A DNA stretch of 64,000 nucleotides from a bacterium (GTDB lineage Bacteria; Patescibacteriota; Minisyncoccia; Phycocordibacterales; Phycocordibacteraceae): NCBI GenBank assembly GCA_037200965.1, contig JBBCGK010000001.1, positions 433,992 to 497,991 on the forward strand. Reading direction: 5' to 3'. Below are positions 38,913 to 48,434 of this stretch, piece after piece; position 1 is the stretch's first letter, and each line of letters begins with the position of its first letter. The notes beneath the pieces are model-generated. The model was not told the DNA's origin. It worked only from the letters and a program-made list of their open reading frames with translations, and did not search any database. The position numbers and the translations under genes are program-made.

Positions 38913-39940
38913 AAGCTACAGTCATCATCGGTGCGCAGTATGGCAGCGAAGGAAAAGGTAAGATTGCAGCTTATCTTTCAGATGAGTTCGCTCGTGCAGT
39001 TCGAACTGGCGGGCCAAACTCGGGGCATACCGTCGAGCGCAATGGCACGTTCTATCAAGTTCGAGCGGTCCCTAGTGCCTTCGTGAACCAACAATGTCGC
39101 CTCGCGATTGGTGCCGGGGCCATAATAAACACTGCCGTACTATTAGGAGAATTAACGGCATGTGGTATTGTCGAGGGGCGTTTGATAGTTGACCCTCAGG
39201 CTGTCATAATTGATGAAGAATATCAAAATTCGGAACTAGATTTAATCAGTTCGATTTCGTCCACCGGACAAGGCGTTGGTGCAGCAATCGCAGCTAAGGT
39301 CTTACGTCGGAAAGTAACTCTCGCAAGAGACGTGCCCGAGTTGCGGCCACTGCTTGCCGATGTTGCTGGCACGATCAATTCCGAACTCCAACAAGGCCTA
39401 GCTGTAATGATTGAGGGGTCGCAAGGATTTTTCTTGAGTTTGCATCATGGTTACTATCCGTTTGTAACAGGCAGGGAAACGACCGCAAGTTCATTTTGCG
39501 CCGAAGTAGGAATCGGTCCCAAAGATGTGGGTCAAGTGATTGGAGTTCTCCGCACCCACCCGATTAGAGTTGGCGGCCCTTCGGGACCTCTTCAAGACGA
39601 AATCGATTGGCAGACCGTCACCGCCGAGTCGGGCTACCCAACACCGCTGTTAGAGATAACTACCGTTACCAAACGAATTCGACGCGTCGGGAGGTTCTCA
39701 ATGGCCGAAGCTAAACGATCTTTGATGATCAATTCGGCGACCCAAATTGCTTTAAACTTCGTCGACTACTTGGACCATGCAAACTTTGGACTTAGAAGCT
39801 ACACCGCACTGACTGCTTCAACAAAAAAATTCATCGACGCACTAGAGACACAAACGGGAGTTCCCGTTTCGCTGGTGGGCACGGGGCCCCGTAACAGCGA
39901 TATGATAGACTTACGACGCGAAAAGAACCTCCCCCATTAG
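38909..39940 (+). CDS. Short adenylosuccinate-synthetase-family enzyme (PurA/PurZ-like)
   Basis: P-loop GAQYGSEGKGKI (PurA has GDEGKGK), GPNSGHTV, STGQGVGAA, IEGSQGFFLSLHHGYYPFVT, TTVTKRIRRVG and GTGPRNSD all parallel PurA motifs. At 343 aa it is like the archaeal/phage short forms. Its start overlaps the MazG-like stop (ATGA). Confidence 0.8.
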   Translation: MKATVIIGAQYGSEGKGKIAAYLSDEFARAVRTGGPNSGHTVERNGTFYQVRAVPSAFVNQQCRLAIGAGAIINTAVLLGELTACGIVEGRLIVDPQAVIIDEEYQNSELDLISSISSTGQGVGAAIAAKVLRRKVTLARDVPELRPLLADVAGTINSELQQGLAVMIEGSQGFFLSLHHGYYPFVTGRETTASSFCAEVGIGPKDVGQVIGVLRTHPIRVGGPSGPLQDEIDWQTVTAESGYPTPLLEITTVTKRIRRVGRFSMAEAKRSLMINSATQIALNFVDYLDHANFGLRSYTALTASTKKFIDALETQTGVPVSLVGTGPRNSDMIDLRREKNLPH

Positions 39941-39948
39941 ATACCAGC

Positions 39949-40701
39949 ATGAAAAACCAATACTTTGGCGACTTGAGCGACTATAAGAAGTACGGTTTGC
40001 TGCGCACACTTTCGATTGAGGGTGAGTGCTCGCTCACTGTGTGTTGGATGCTGACGCGAGATGATCAAAGTACCGACGGGCGGCATACAACTTATTTGGC
40101 GGACGTAAGAGAATGGCGCAACCATGAGCCGTTGGTATTTGATCTACTCGCGGACGCAGTCTTCAAAAATTCCCGTAATCTCGAAATAGTTGAAAAGTCC
40201 GGACTAATACCGAACTCAAACTACTTTCGTGAGGAAATCGGCGATGCTCCCTCCCAACGGGAAGCTTTTTTTGCCCGATTGGCAGATGAAGCCCGCAATT
40301 CTGATATTGTGTTCTTGGACCCCGACAACGGCCTTGAAGTGAAGTCAGTCCCCTATGGCTCCAAGGGAGCACATAAGTACATTTATCGGTCTGAAATCGA
40401 AAAGTTATCTCGGAATGGACTTTCAATCTTGCTGTATCAACATTTTGGTCGGAAAGAACGGTCTGAGTTTATCCGAGCTATTGCATTGAAACTCATCGAT
40501 TGGCTGAATGTGGAGGAAGTATTTTCACTTCGGACGACGCATACCGTATTTTTTCTTGTGCCGAAAGCTGCCCACAGGTCGCGAATAGATCGATCCCTCC
40601 AGGCAGTAAATAGACAATGGGGAGATAAGATCTTTATCGAGATACACTCTAAGGAGTCTGTATCAACGGTTACAACGAAAAATCAGTTAGACCTACTCTA
40701 A
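39949..40701 (+). CDS. Hypothetical protein
   Basis: 250-aa ORF with N-terminal FGDLSDYKKYGLLR and central FLDPDNGLE. I do not recognise the family. Confidence 0.6.
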   Translation: MKNQYFGDLSDYKKYGLLRTLSIEGECSLTVCWMLTRDDQSTDGRHTTYLADVREWRNHEPLVFDLLADAVFKNSRNLEIVEKSGLIPNSNYFREEIGDAPSQREAFFARLADEARNSDIVFLDPDNGLEVKSVPYGSKGAHKYIYRSEIEKLSRNGLSILLYQHFGRKERSEFIRAIALKLIDWLNVEEVFSLRTTHTVFFLVPKAAHRSRIDRSLQAVNRQWGDKIFIEIHSKESVSTVTTKNQLDLL

Positions 40702-40714
40702 GTAAGTGAGCAAC

Positions 40715-40774
40715 ATGGATATTGGAAAGGAGCCTGACTTCGCCTCGGATGCCTACTTTGATAATCCGCAACAA
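40715..40774 (+). pseudogene. 5' fragment (20 codons) of an unknown gene, cut by R2
   Basis: ATG at 40715 opens MDIGKEPDFASDAYFDNPQQ, which runs straight into the repeat. Confidence 0.35.
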
Positions 40775-40810
40775 GTTGCACAACCTCCTTTTTACGAACG
40801 ATCCTGCAGG
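40775..40810 (+). repeat. Array repeat R2
   Basis: Exact 36-mer. Confidence 0.98.
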
Positions 40811-40812
40811 AC

Positions 40813-41427
40813 GATATCCACAAATCACTGCTGCGCAGCGCGGGCCTCGCGCATCTCTCGGCGGATGAGATTGGGGACTTGAGGGACTTGGCAGCGCATG
40901 AGCTACGGAATGAGACCGCGGACCGCGGTGGTCTCATGGCGGGATTGCGACTGCGCCTGCAACAATGCGACACACGGCTATCACGCCTTACAGACGCGCT
41001 CCTCGACCACCTCATCGAAAAGCAGGAATACGAAGCCAAGAAGGCCGCGCTCCTGGGCGAGCGGCGCGAACTGCTAGACAAACTGGAAAGCCCGGAGGCT
41101 TCGCGTCAACCCGCCGACGGCGTGCTGCAAGCATTGGAACTGCCAGATGTCGTGGAAACACGCTACGAAATGGCTTTGCCGGACCAACGGCGCCGCATTG
41201 CGTCTGCAATCGCTTGGAACCTAACTGGTAGCGGAAAAGAGGCCGTACCTGAGCTGAAATCTCCGTACCGGGAGATCGTACAGTGGCGTCTTTCCAATCC
41301 GGTGCGCCGTAACGGGGAGCGATCGGAACCTGACATAAAGCTGCTATACGAAGCGCTCAAAGAAGTCTGCCGGCGAGAAGACAAGCCGCCGCAACGTCCC
41401 CAACGTCCTGATGTCTCCGGCATATAA
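40813..41427 (+). pseudogene. Large serine recombinase, C-terminal fragment (5'-truncated at R2)
   Basis: The frame is open from the first base after R2. The coiled-coil segment LRLRLQQCDTRLSRLTDALLDHLIEKQEYEAKKAALLGERRELLDKLE is typical of the C-terminal domain of large serine recombinases. No catalytic N-terminal resolvase domain is present. Confidence 0.65.
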
Positions 41428-41494
41428 GGCGACATACTTTTTCGAGAATTGTCGCGCCTTATGCCGCGTGAATGTCAGGCAGATGCTGTTCTGC

Positions 41495-42724
41495 ATGGAT
41501 GCGAGCATCAGCTACTTCGCCCGCACCAACTTCCGCAACCGAAACCAGCTCTTCGGTGTGAGGCAAGCCGACCGTCTTTCGCACCTGTACGTCATCGGCA
41601 AGACTGGCACGGGCAAGTCCACCCTCCTTGAAACCCTCGCCCGGCAAGACCTTCGGGCCGGGCGCGGCTTCGCCCTCATAGACCCGCACGGCGATCTCGT
41701 GGAACGGATCGCGAGGGACGCGCCGGAAGCCGTCTATCTGAACGCCCCCGATCCCTCCCAGCCCTTCGGCTATAATCCGCTCCGGAGGGTCAGGGACGAC
41801 AAGATACCGCTTGCCGTCTCGGGCTTCCTCGAAACCCTCAAGAAGCTCTGGCCCGACGCGTGGGGCGTGCGCATGGAGCACGTCCTTAGGAATACGCTGT
41901 ATGCGCTATTCGAGCAGGAGGATGCGCGGCTTCCCGATATCCTCCGCCTCTATGCCGACGAGACATACCGGAAGGCGCTCGCCAAGGGGATTAGGAACGA
42001 TACCGTCCGCCGCTTCTGGCTCCATGAGTTCGAGCACTTCCACTTTCGCCAGAGGGCGGACGCCGTGGCTCCGATACAAAACAAGATCGGGGCGCTCCTT
42101 GCCGACCCCACGCTCTATCGCATCCTCGTCGAGCCAAAGGAGGATATCCGCTTCCGTGCCCTCATGGACGGCGGCGGGGTTCTTCTGGTCAATCTCTCGA
42201 AGGGCAAACTTGGCGAGGACAGCTCGCACATCCTCGGCGCGCTCATCGTCTCGACCCTGGGCCTTGCTGCCTTTAGTCGGGCCGACAGTCCCCCAACCTC
42301 CCGCCGCCCTTTCTTCGTCTATATCGACGAATTCCAGTCCTTCACGACCCTTATGCTCGCCGACATGATGTCGGAGCTGCGGAAGTACGGCGTGGGCCTT
42401 ACCTTGGCGCACCAATATATGCACCAGCTTGAACCCGAGATACGGCATGCGGTTCTGGGGAACGCTGGGACGCTCATATCATTCCGTGTTGGCCCCGAGG
42501 ATGCGTCAATCCTGGCGAAGGAGTTTCAGCCGACGTTTGACACACACGATCTCCTGAACCTGCCTAACCACCATATCTATCTGAAGCTGATGATTGATGG
42601 GGTGCCGGGCGGGGCGTTTAGTGCAAATACAGTCGATCATTCGACGCGGGGAGAGACAAAGCTCGCACCGCTACGAAGGACTTCAGACTTGAATGCGGGC
42701 GAAAGCGCGTCTGACTATGTGTGA
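41495..42724 (+). CDS. P-loop ATPase, type IV secretion coupling-protein-like (TraD/VirD4-type DNA-binding domain)
   Basis: Walker A VIGKTGTGKST, Walker B FFVYIDEFQSF and LAHQYMHQL. The start is taken at MDASISYF, because the track ORF start at 41411 overlaps the recombinase fragment. Confidence 0.7.
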   Translation: MDASISYFARTNFRNRNQLFGVRQADRLSHLYVIGKTGTGKSTLLETLARQDLRAGRGFALIDPHGDLVERIARDAPEAVYLNAPDPSQPFGYNPLRRVRDDKIPLAVSGFLETLKKLWPDAWGVRMEHVLRNTLYALFEQEDARLPDILRLYADETYRKALAKGIRNDTVRRFWLHEFEHFHFRQRADAVAPIQNKIGALLADPTLYRILVEPKEDIRFRALMDGGGVLLVNLSKGKLGEDSSHILGALIVSTLGLAAFSRADSPPTSRRPFFVYIDEFQSFTTLMLADMMSELRKYGVGLTLAHQYMHQLEPEIRHAVLGNAGTLISFRVGPEDASILAKEFQPTFDTHDLLNLPNHHIYLKLMIDGVPGGAFSANTVDHSTRGETKLAPLRRTSDLNAGESASDYV

Positions 42725-42859
42725 GCGGGATCACGTTTTTTTGCAGATGGCACGCCCGCGTGGGCTGTTTTGGTAATTGCCATAGCGTCTTGGCAACAAC
42801 TGGGCGTCAGTACCTGGCTTCCCTCACAGGTTGAATATATTACAGTATAGCTCAACCAT

Positions 42860-43864
42860 ATGTTGAGTCGCCGCATGCCCGGTATTACCGAATTACTTTT
42901 GAAAATCGCGCCCAAGATCGGCGCAAAAGTGCTGATCGAGCCTGAGTGGGGCTACGTCGGGCAAATCGCCTTCCGAAGCGGTCGCAAGCGGTACTTCCGG
43001 TTCTCCAGCGTTGACGTGAATACGCTGGGCGCATCGGAAGTCGCGAAGGACAAAGATTTTGCGAACTTCTTCATGAAGCACATGGGTTATCCCATCGTGA
43101 AAGGAAAAACGTTCTTCCGGGACGACTGGGCAGAGACAATCCGCTCCAAGCGAAAGATCACGGCCGCCTATCGATACGCGCGACGGCTGGGATTTCCGGT
43201 GATTGTGAAGCCTAACAGCGGCAGTCAGGGGAAAGCAGTATGCTTGGCTCGCACGAAGCGTCAATTCTATCGCGGAATGCGGGCGACCTTTGAGGTGGAC
43301 AAAGTCGCGCTTGTCCAAATACCTGTTTCAGGAAAAGACTACCGCATCGTGGTCTTGGACCGAGAAATCATTTCGGCGTACTACAGGGTTCCGCTAAGCG
43401 TCGTCGGCAATGGAAAAGCTTCCGTAGCGGCGTTGCTCAAGTCGAAGCAGAAAGAGTTTCGGCGCGCCGGGCGCGACACGGCGATCAGGGCCGACGATCC
43501 GCGCATAGCGGAAAAGCTCGAGCATCAGGGACTGAGCTTCGCTTCCGTTCTCCGAAAGGATCAAAAGGTTTTTCTTTTGGATAACGCCAACCTTTCGACG
43601 GGCGGCGAATCGGAAGACGTAACGGAAAGCGTGCACAAGGAGTTCAGGAAAATCGCGGTGTCGCTTACGAGGGATATGGGACTGCGCCTGTGCGGCGTCG
43701 ATCTCATGATAGACGGGGATATCTCGGAGCCGCCCAAAACGTATTGGGTGCTTGAAGTCAATTCGGCCCCGGGGCTCGATCATTATGCGAAAAGCGGCGC
43801 GGCACAAAACAAAATCGTCGAAAAGATGTATACGACGGTGCTTAAGAGCTTGGATCGTGACTAG
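42860..43864 (+). CDS. ATP-grasp enzyme (cyanophycin-synthetase / RimK-like ligase domain)
   Basis: FPVIVKPNSGSQGKAV, DYRIVVLD, ANLSTGGESEDVTESVH and VLEVNSAPGL match ATP-grasp ligase motifs. Confidence 0.7.
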   Translation: MLSRRMPGITELLLKIAPKIGAKVLIEPEWGYVGQIAFRSGRKRYFRFSSVDVNTLGASEVAKDKDFANFFMKHMGYPIVKGKTFFRDDWAETIRSKRKITAAYRYARRLGFPVIVKPNSGSQGKAVCLARTKRQFYRGMRATFEVDKVALVQIPVSGKDYRIVVLDREIISAYYRVPLSVVGNGKASVAALLKSKQKEFRRAGRDTAIRADDPRIAEKLEHQGLSFASVLRKDQKVFLLDNANLSTGGESEDVTESVHKEFRKIAVSLTRDMGLRLCGVDLMIDGDISEPPKTYWVLEVNSAPGLDHYAKSGAAQNKIVEKMYTTVLKSLDRD

Positions 43865-43956
43865 CTCGTGTATAGTCCATACGACCGATCTTCCTGACAC
43901 CAATAGGCATCGGCCAAATCGTGATTGCTGACCAACGTTTTGCGCCGAGCGACCGC

Positions 43957-44262
43957 CTAGTCGGGATCGTAGGGATTATTGGTATCCGTGCCATTGCGCG
44001 AGGAACCAGACGGCGAACTATACGGATCGACGCGCTTGTGACCTTGCTCGCCCGTATAGGGGTTCACGTTTGGATACGTCGAGTAATTGTTATAGGGATT
44101 GCTGTCAGGCGATGAGCGATGGTGTGGCGGAACATACGTGCCGTCCTTCCGCACATAGCCTCTGACACTGACGTCCTTCGCTGCCGCCTCAGCGCCAGTG
44201 GCCAGCAGGGTCGTGAAGACCAAAAGGGCGGCAAAAATCTTGCGCATATTAACTCCGATCAA
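43957..44262 (-). CDS. Small secreted Pro/Asn/Tyr-rich protein
   Basis: Signal peptide MRKIFAALLVFTTLLATGAEA followed by a low-complexity mature part. Confidence 0.5.
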   Translation of the reverse strand: MIGVNMRKIFAALLVFTTLLATGAEAAAKDVSVRGYVRKDGTYVPPHHRSSPDSNPYNNYSTYPNVNPYTGEQGHKRVDPYSSPSGSSRNGTDTNNPYDPD

Positions 44263-44357
44263 AAATGCGGCTCGATGCTAGTTTAGTGGCTGGCGCAGGG
44301 CCAGAGGAATAATCTTCGCAAGCGTGCGTCAGGCCACGCCCTACGGTAACGCGTCGA

Positions 44358-45341
44358 TCAGTTCGCCTCGTCGAAAATCCCATTCAGGATCGCCCCAAGC
44401 CGCACCCCTGCCGCCTGCAAGCGCTCTTCCACGATGGCGGCGCGGTCTTCCTTGTAGTTGCCGTCGGGCGCGAAGACGCGAACGGCGCCACCGGTATACG
44501 TCTCGCTGTCTTCGGAATAGCGGCAGGTGGTGCCGGAGAGCGTACAGTATCCGGTGTCGGGCGCGCGGGAGACGGTGAGCGATTCGTTGGCCCATACCAT
44601 CGGATCGAGCGACGCCTTCCACGTTGCCCGCTGCTCGTCCGTGATTTCCTTTTGAAGAACATTGCCAAACGCCTCGCGCCCAGGGCCTGCTGGCTTCGTC
44701 TGCGCGATGTGGAGATCACGCATGACTTGTTCGGGAATGCAGGTGTCCCACACGGTATGGAGCGCGGTTTTGCCGTCATAGGCGCAGCCCGAGACGCCCT
44801 TCACGCCGACGCTGTTGCCGCCGCGATCATCGGCATACGAAATGTGGAGCGGCTGGTGTATGTCGCCGAGCCAGTGCCCGAGGAATTTGAGGGCCGTGCG
44901 CTTCTTGTCGGTTGAGGCATTCGGGTCTTTGAGGATGGCGATATCGGCGGGGATGGCCGTGAAAAGGCACGTCGCCGCATTCACGCACTTGGCCTCGGGG
45001 AAGCTCGTCCAATCGCGCGGCATATTGATGAAGTGCTCCGCCCTCCGGCTGCTTTGCACATCGCCCTTCTCGTCCGGCCAGGTGCAGGCCCCGTGGAAGG
45101 TTCTCGGTATCTCCTTGCCGTCAGCGTCCTTAAGCGGGGTTTCTGAGCGGATAAGCTTGTTGACCGCCTTGCGGGCCGTCGGCGTGAGCTCCTTGTATGC
45201 GATCTCGCAGACCGCCTCGTGGCCGGTGCCGCCGAAGGCGAGGGCACCGCTCGTTGTGAGACAAAGACTGACGAAGCCACCAGCTCCAAACAGCGCAAGA
45301 AGAACCCGCCGACGTCCACCCATGTACCCGCTCCCCCTCAC
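44358..45341 (-). CDS. Secreted S1/P1-family zinc nuclease
   Basis: Signal-like N-terminus, FGGTGHEAVCEIA (WG..GH equivalent), HFINMP, and LKFLGHWLGDIHQPLH (the H..GD.HQPLH zinc motif). Confidence 0.8.
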   Translation of the reverse strand: MRGSGYMGGRRRVLLALFGAGGFVSLCLTTSGALAFGGTGHEAVCEIAYKELTPTARKAVNKLIRSETPLKDADGKEIPRTFHGACTWPDEKGDVQSSRRAEHFINMPRDWTSFPEAKCVNAATCLFTAIPADIAILKDPNASTDKKRTALKFLGHWLGDIHQPLHISYADDRGGNSVGVKGVSGCAYDGKTALHTVWDTCIPEQVMRDLHIAQTKPAGPGREAFGNVLQKEITDEQRATWKASLDPMVWANESLTVSRAPDTGYCTLSGTTCRYSEDSETYTGGAVRVFAPDGNYKEDRAAIVEERLQAAGVRLGAILNGIFDEAN

Positions 45342-45453
45342 TATTCGTGCCCAGGATGCGAGGACTCGCCCTAGCCGAAGAACGGATGATGCCCGGATGA
45401 TTTCACCCGTCCAAGAGGAATGTGCGCCTTAGACTTCGTATCGGGCCGGGCCT

Positions 45454-46359
45454 ATGCTGCTTCTATTGGTGGGGTGTTTCTCAGGGGGTATTGGCATGAC
45501 TAGCGGCACGCGAGTTTTTCCGACGCGTTCGTATCGGGCATCATTTCCCATTCATGCGCTTCTTGCCGTCTTCGCGCTTCTCGTCGCGGGTGCGTATGGC
45601 CCGGCCGGTTCGGCCTTGGCCGCGACCAGCGCGGCGTCCTTCTGCCTTGACGCATGCCCCGAGGGCGCGCCGGCAAAGAACAAGACGGTCGTGCACCATG
45701 TCTATGCGCTCAGCTCGAACCCCGACACGAAATTCGCCGATTGGGTCGCGTACAAGATCTCCAAAGCGACCATCGGGTCGAACTGTTCGCGCAAGTGGGC
45801 GAAGGACCCGGACCTAGCGGCCGGCACCACGCTCAAGCCCGCCGATTACAAGGACATCAGTGCGGCGCTCCAGTCCGACCGGGGCCATCAAGCGCCCTTG
45901 GCAAGCCTATGCGGCTCGAAGTTCAATGCCGAGGCGAACTATCTCTCGAACATCACCCCACAAAAGTCCGACCTCAATCAGGGCGCATGGGTGCGGCTCG
46001 AAACCGCCGAACGCAAGCTCATTACGGGCGGCACCGCGAAGACCGTGTATACCGTCACCGGGACGCTCTACGAAAAGAAGATGCCGCCGCTTCCCAAGGC
46101 GAGCGTCAAGCACAAAGTCCCTTCGGGCTATTGGAAGATCGTCGCCGTCGAGACGGACGACGGGATCGACGCCGTGGCGTTCGTCATGCCGCAGGATACA
46201 CCCAAAGCCGCCGATTATTGCGAAACGCGCACCACCATCGGCGACGTTGAGACGCGCTCGGGCCTCAAGTTCTTCCTCGATCTCAACGAGACCGACCGCA
46301 CGCAGCTTGAGGAGAGCGAGGCGAAGACCGGCCTCTATGAGGATTTGGGCTGCGAGTAG
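45454..46359 (+). CDS. Secreted DNA/RNA non-specific endonuclease (NucA/Serratia nuclease family)
   Basis: Signal/TM segment, the catalytic SDRGHQAPLASL (DRGH motif) and downstream NITPQKSDLNQGAW. Confidence 0.8.
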   Translation: MLLLLVGCFSGGIGMTSGTRVFPTRSYRASFPIHALLAVFALLVAGAYGPAGSALAATSAASFCLDACPEGAPAKNKTVVHHVYALSSNPDTKFADWVAYKISKATIGSNCSRKWAKDPDLAAGTTLKPADYKDISAALQSDRGHQAPLASLCGSKFNAEANYLSNITPQKSDLNQGAWVRLETAERKLITGGTAKTVYTVTGTLYEKKMPPLPKASVKHKVPSGYWKIVAVETDDGIDAVAFVMPQDTPKAADYCETRTTIGDVETRSGLKFFLDLNETDRTQLEESEAKTGLYEDLGCE

Positions 46360-46381
46360 CACGAGCGCGGGAAGATACGGC

Positions 46382-46669
46382 ATGCGCAAGGCATTCATAC
46401 TGACGCTGGTGGCGTTCTCCGCACTTGCGGCAACCCCACTCATCGCGCGGACCACGGATGCGGAAGTCCGGGGACAAATGATCCGCGAGTCCATCGCAAG
46501 CTATCCCGGCAACTGCCCGTGTCCGTACAGCACGATGCGAAACGGGCGCTCCTGCGGCGGGCGAAGCGCGTACAGTCGGCCCGGCGGATATGCTCCGCTG
46601 TGCTACCCGTCTGACGTTTCGGACGATATGGTGCGCGGCTATCGAAGCACGCATGGGCTCGGGAACTGA
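46382..46669 (+). CDS. Small secreted Cys-rich protein
   Basis: MRKAFILTLVAFSALAATPLIA signal followed by a Cys-rich mature region. It uses an internal start within the longer, implausible track ORF 45860-46669. Confidence 0.5.
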   Translation: MRKAFILTLVAFSALAATPLIARTTDAEVRGQMIRESIASYPGNCPCPYSTMRNGRSCGGRSAYSRPGGYAPLCYPSDVSDDMVRGYRSTHGLGN

Positions 46670-46865
46670 TCGATCCGATTGATATCTGGCGAAGCGCGCA
46701 AACGCTCATCTCGCTCTATGGCGATGAGGCGGAACAGTTCGCGCTTCGCCGCGCCGCTACCCTGCTCGGCGAAGGAGACCGGGAGGGCCATGCGGCAATG
46801 GCAAGCGTTGCGGAAGCGGTGAAGAAGCTGCGGCAGGAGCGGCCCGAAAGCGGCGATGCCGTCCA

Positions 46866-47339
46866 CTAGTCGGCGTCCGGCAGCTTATCGGAAGCCTCGG
46901 CAAACTCCCGCACCAGCGCGACGATGTGCTTGCGCCGGGCGGGCGACTTGACCTGCGCGAACGCTCTCGCAAGCGCCCGCCCGTCGGCGCTCGAAAGCAG
47001 CGGCATTTCTTCCGCGAACAGTGCCGAACGGGCTTTGTCGTATGCCTCGGAAACGAAGTATTCCCAGGGCAGATCAAGCACCACCATCATCCGCAACAGC
47101 GCTTCAAGCGGCAGCCGGTTGGTTCCCTTTTCATACTTCTGCATCTGTTGGAAACTAACGCCGAGGCGCTTTCCGAGAGCGAGTTGCGACAGGCCGCGCA
47201 GCGTCCGTGCGGCAAATATCTTTTGGCCGATAATCTTATTGATCTCTGACGAACTGTGCTTGCGCGGGGCCATTCTCAATCCCGTTATACTATCGATCTC
47301 GCAAATTCTATGGCGCGAAAACCCCATTGTCGCGCGCAA
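46866..47339 (-). CDS. XRE-family helix-turn-helix transcriptional regulator
   Basis: IGQKIFAARTLRGLSQLALGKRLGVSFQQMQKYEKGTNR is a canonical XRE HTH. The likely start is at MAPRKH (47273). Confidence 0.75.
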   Translation of the reverse strand: MRATMGFSRHRICEIDSITGLRMAPRKHSSSEINKIIGQKIFAARTLRGLSQLALGKRLGVSFQQMQKYEKGTNRLPLEALLRMMVVLDLPWEYFVSEAYDKARSALFAEEMPLLSSADGRALARAFAQVKSPARRKHIVALVREFAEASDKLPDAD

Positions 47340-47349
47340 TCTCAGCCTG

Positions 47350-48393
47350 TTACGCCTCCTTCATCCACTCCCGGTGCATGCGCTCCCATTCCGGGCGCGG
47401 CGCTTCGAACTCTTCCCGGAACCACGGCATATGCTCTGGCACGAAGACCGTCTCGCGCAGGAACGCGAGCGTCGATTTGACGGCGGGTTTTGCGGCATGC
47501 ACGCGGTTATATGAGATGTAGAGCTTGCCGGGAAGGCGAAACGCAAGCGGAAGGGCGACGAGGTCCGGGTCGCCAAGCGCGTGGTAGGTAGGTGCGAGCG
47601 CGATGCCCGCGCCAAAATGCAGGCACCGCTCGAAGAAGCTCGTCTGGTTGGTGAGGATCGACACGTTCTTGACGACGTTTCCGCCCGACCATGCGGCCCA
47701 GGATGCCGTGCGCGTCTGATACTGGGCGAGATCGAGCAACCGGTGCTCGCTAAGCGCTTCGCTCGTCTGCGGCGTCCCGTGTTTTTGCAGATAGGACTTC
47801 GACGCGAACAGGGCGTAATGGACGGTCGCGAGCGGCCTCGACACCTGATCCGAATTTCCCGGATCGTAGAAGTGGATGCGGATGTCGAAGCTGTCGCTTC
47901 GGGGCGCGGTGATGTCCTGATCGGGCGATACCTTGAGCTCAATGTTCGGATGCCGTTCGAGGAAGCTCGGCATGAACTGCGCCAGCCAGAGGCTCGCAAC
48001 CCCGTCCGCGACCAGGATGCGGCAGTCGCCTTGAACGCTGCCTCCGCTGTCCTTCGCGTCCCTGCGAAGGAGCGCAATGCATTTGCGCGCCTCAAACGCG
48101 TTCGGAAGCAGACGTTCGCCGAGGTCGGTGAGCGCGCAGCCGTCGGTGCCGCGTATGAATACGCGCCCGCCGATCCACTGTTCGAAGCTGCGCAGCCGCT
48201 TGCTCACGGTTGCCTGCGTTGATCCGAGCATCGCCGCGGCCCGCTTGATGCTGCCGCCCTCGGCGATTGCGAGAAAATAGCGGAGATCGTTCCACTGCTC
48301 GGGCGAGGGGTCATCACTATTGGAAAGTACCATCTTCCGTCCCTTGGCTTCCGGGCGGCGATAATCGAATGGCAATTTAAGCTCCGGCAACAA
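47350..48393 (-). CDS. LysR-family transcriptional regulator
   Basis: LRYFLAIAEGGSIKRAAAMLGSTQATVSKRLRSFEQWIG HTH plus a LysR substrate-binding domain. It is divergent from the GNAT gene. An alternative start is at 48333. Confidence 0.85.
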   Translation of the reverse strand: MLPELKLPFDYRRPEAKGRKMVLSNSDDPSPEQWNDLRYFLAIAEGGSIKRAAAMLGSTQATVSKRLRSFEQWIGGRVFIRGTDGCALTDLGERLLPNAFEARKCIALLRRDAKDSGGSVQGDCRILVADGVASLWLAQFMPSFLERHPNIELKVSPDQDITAPRSDSFDIRIHFYDPGNSDQVSRPLATVHYALFASKSYLQKHGTPQTSEALSEHRLLDLAQYQTRTASWAAWSGGNVVKNVSILTNQTSFFERCLHFGAGIALAPTYHALGDPDLVALPLAFRLPGKLYISYNRVHAAKPAVKSTLAFLRETVFVPEHMPWFREEFEAPRPEWERMHREWMKEA

Positions 48394-48434
48394 AAAAATG
48401 CATAAGGCGCCAGGCGGCGCCGTGGAGTAATTCC

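Larger units (their letters stand above)
38595..40774. other. Insert S1 (2180 bp): MazG-like + PurA-like + unknown gene; probable phage-derived fragment
   Basis: Bounded by R1 and R2 and more AT-rich than the host flanks. ORFs abut or run into both repeats. Confidence 0.8.

Noticed and set aside
46666-46869. Possible small plus-strand ORF (…IDPIDIWRSAQTLISLYGDEAEQFALRRAATLLGEGDREGHAAMASVAEAVKKLRQERP…) in insert S2
   Set aside because: The sequence looks protein-like, but I could not find a credible start codon in frame, so it is left unannotated. The opposite-strand track ORF 46639-46866 also looks unconvincing.
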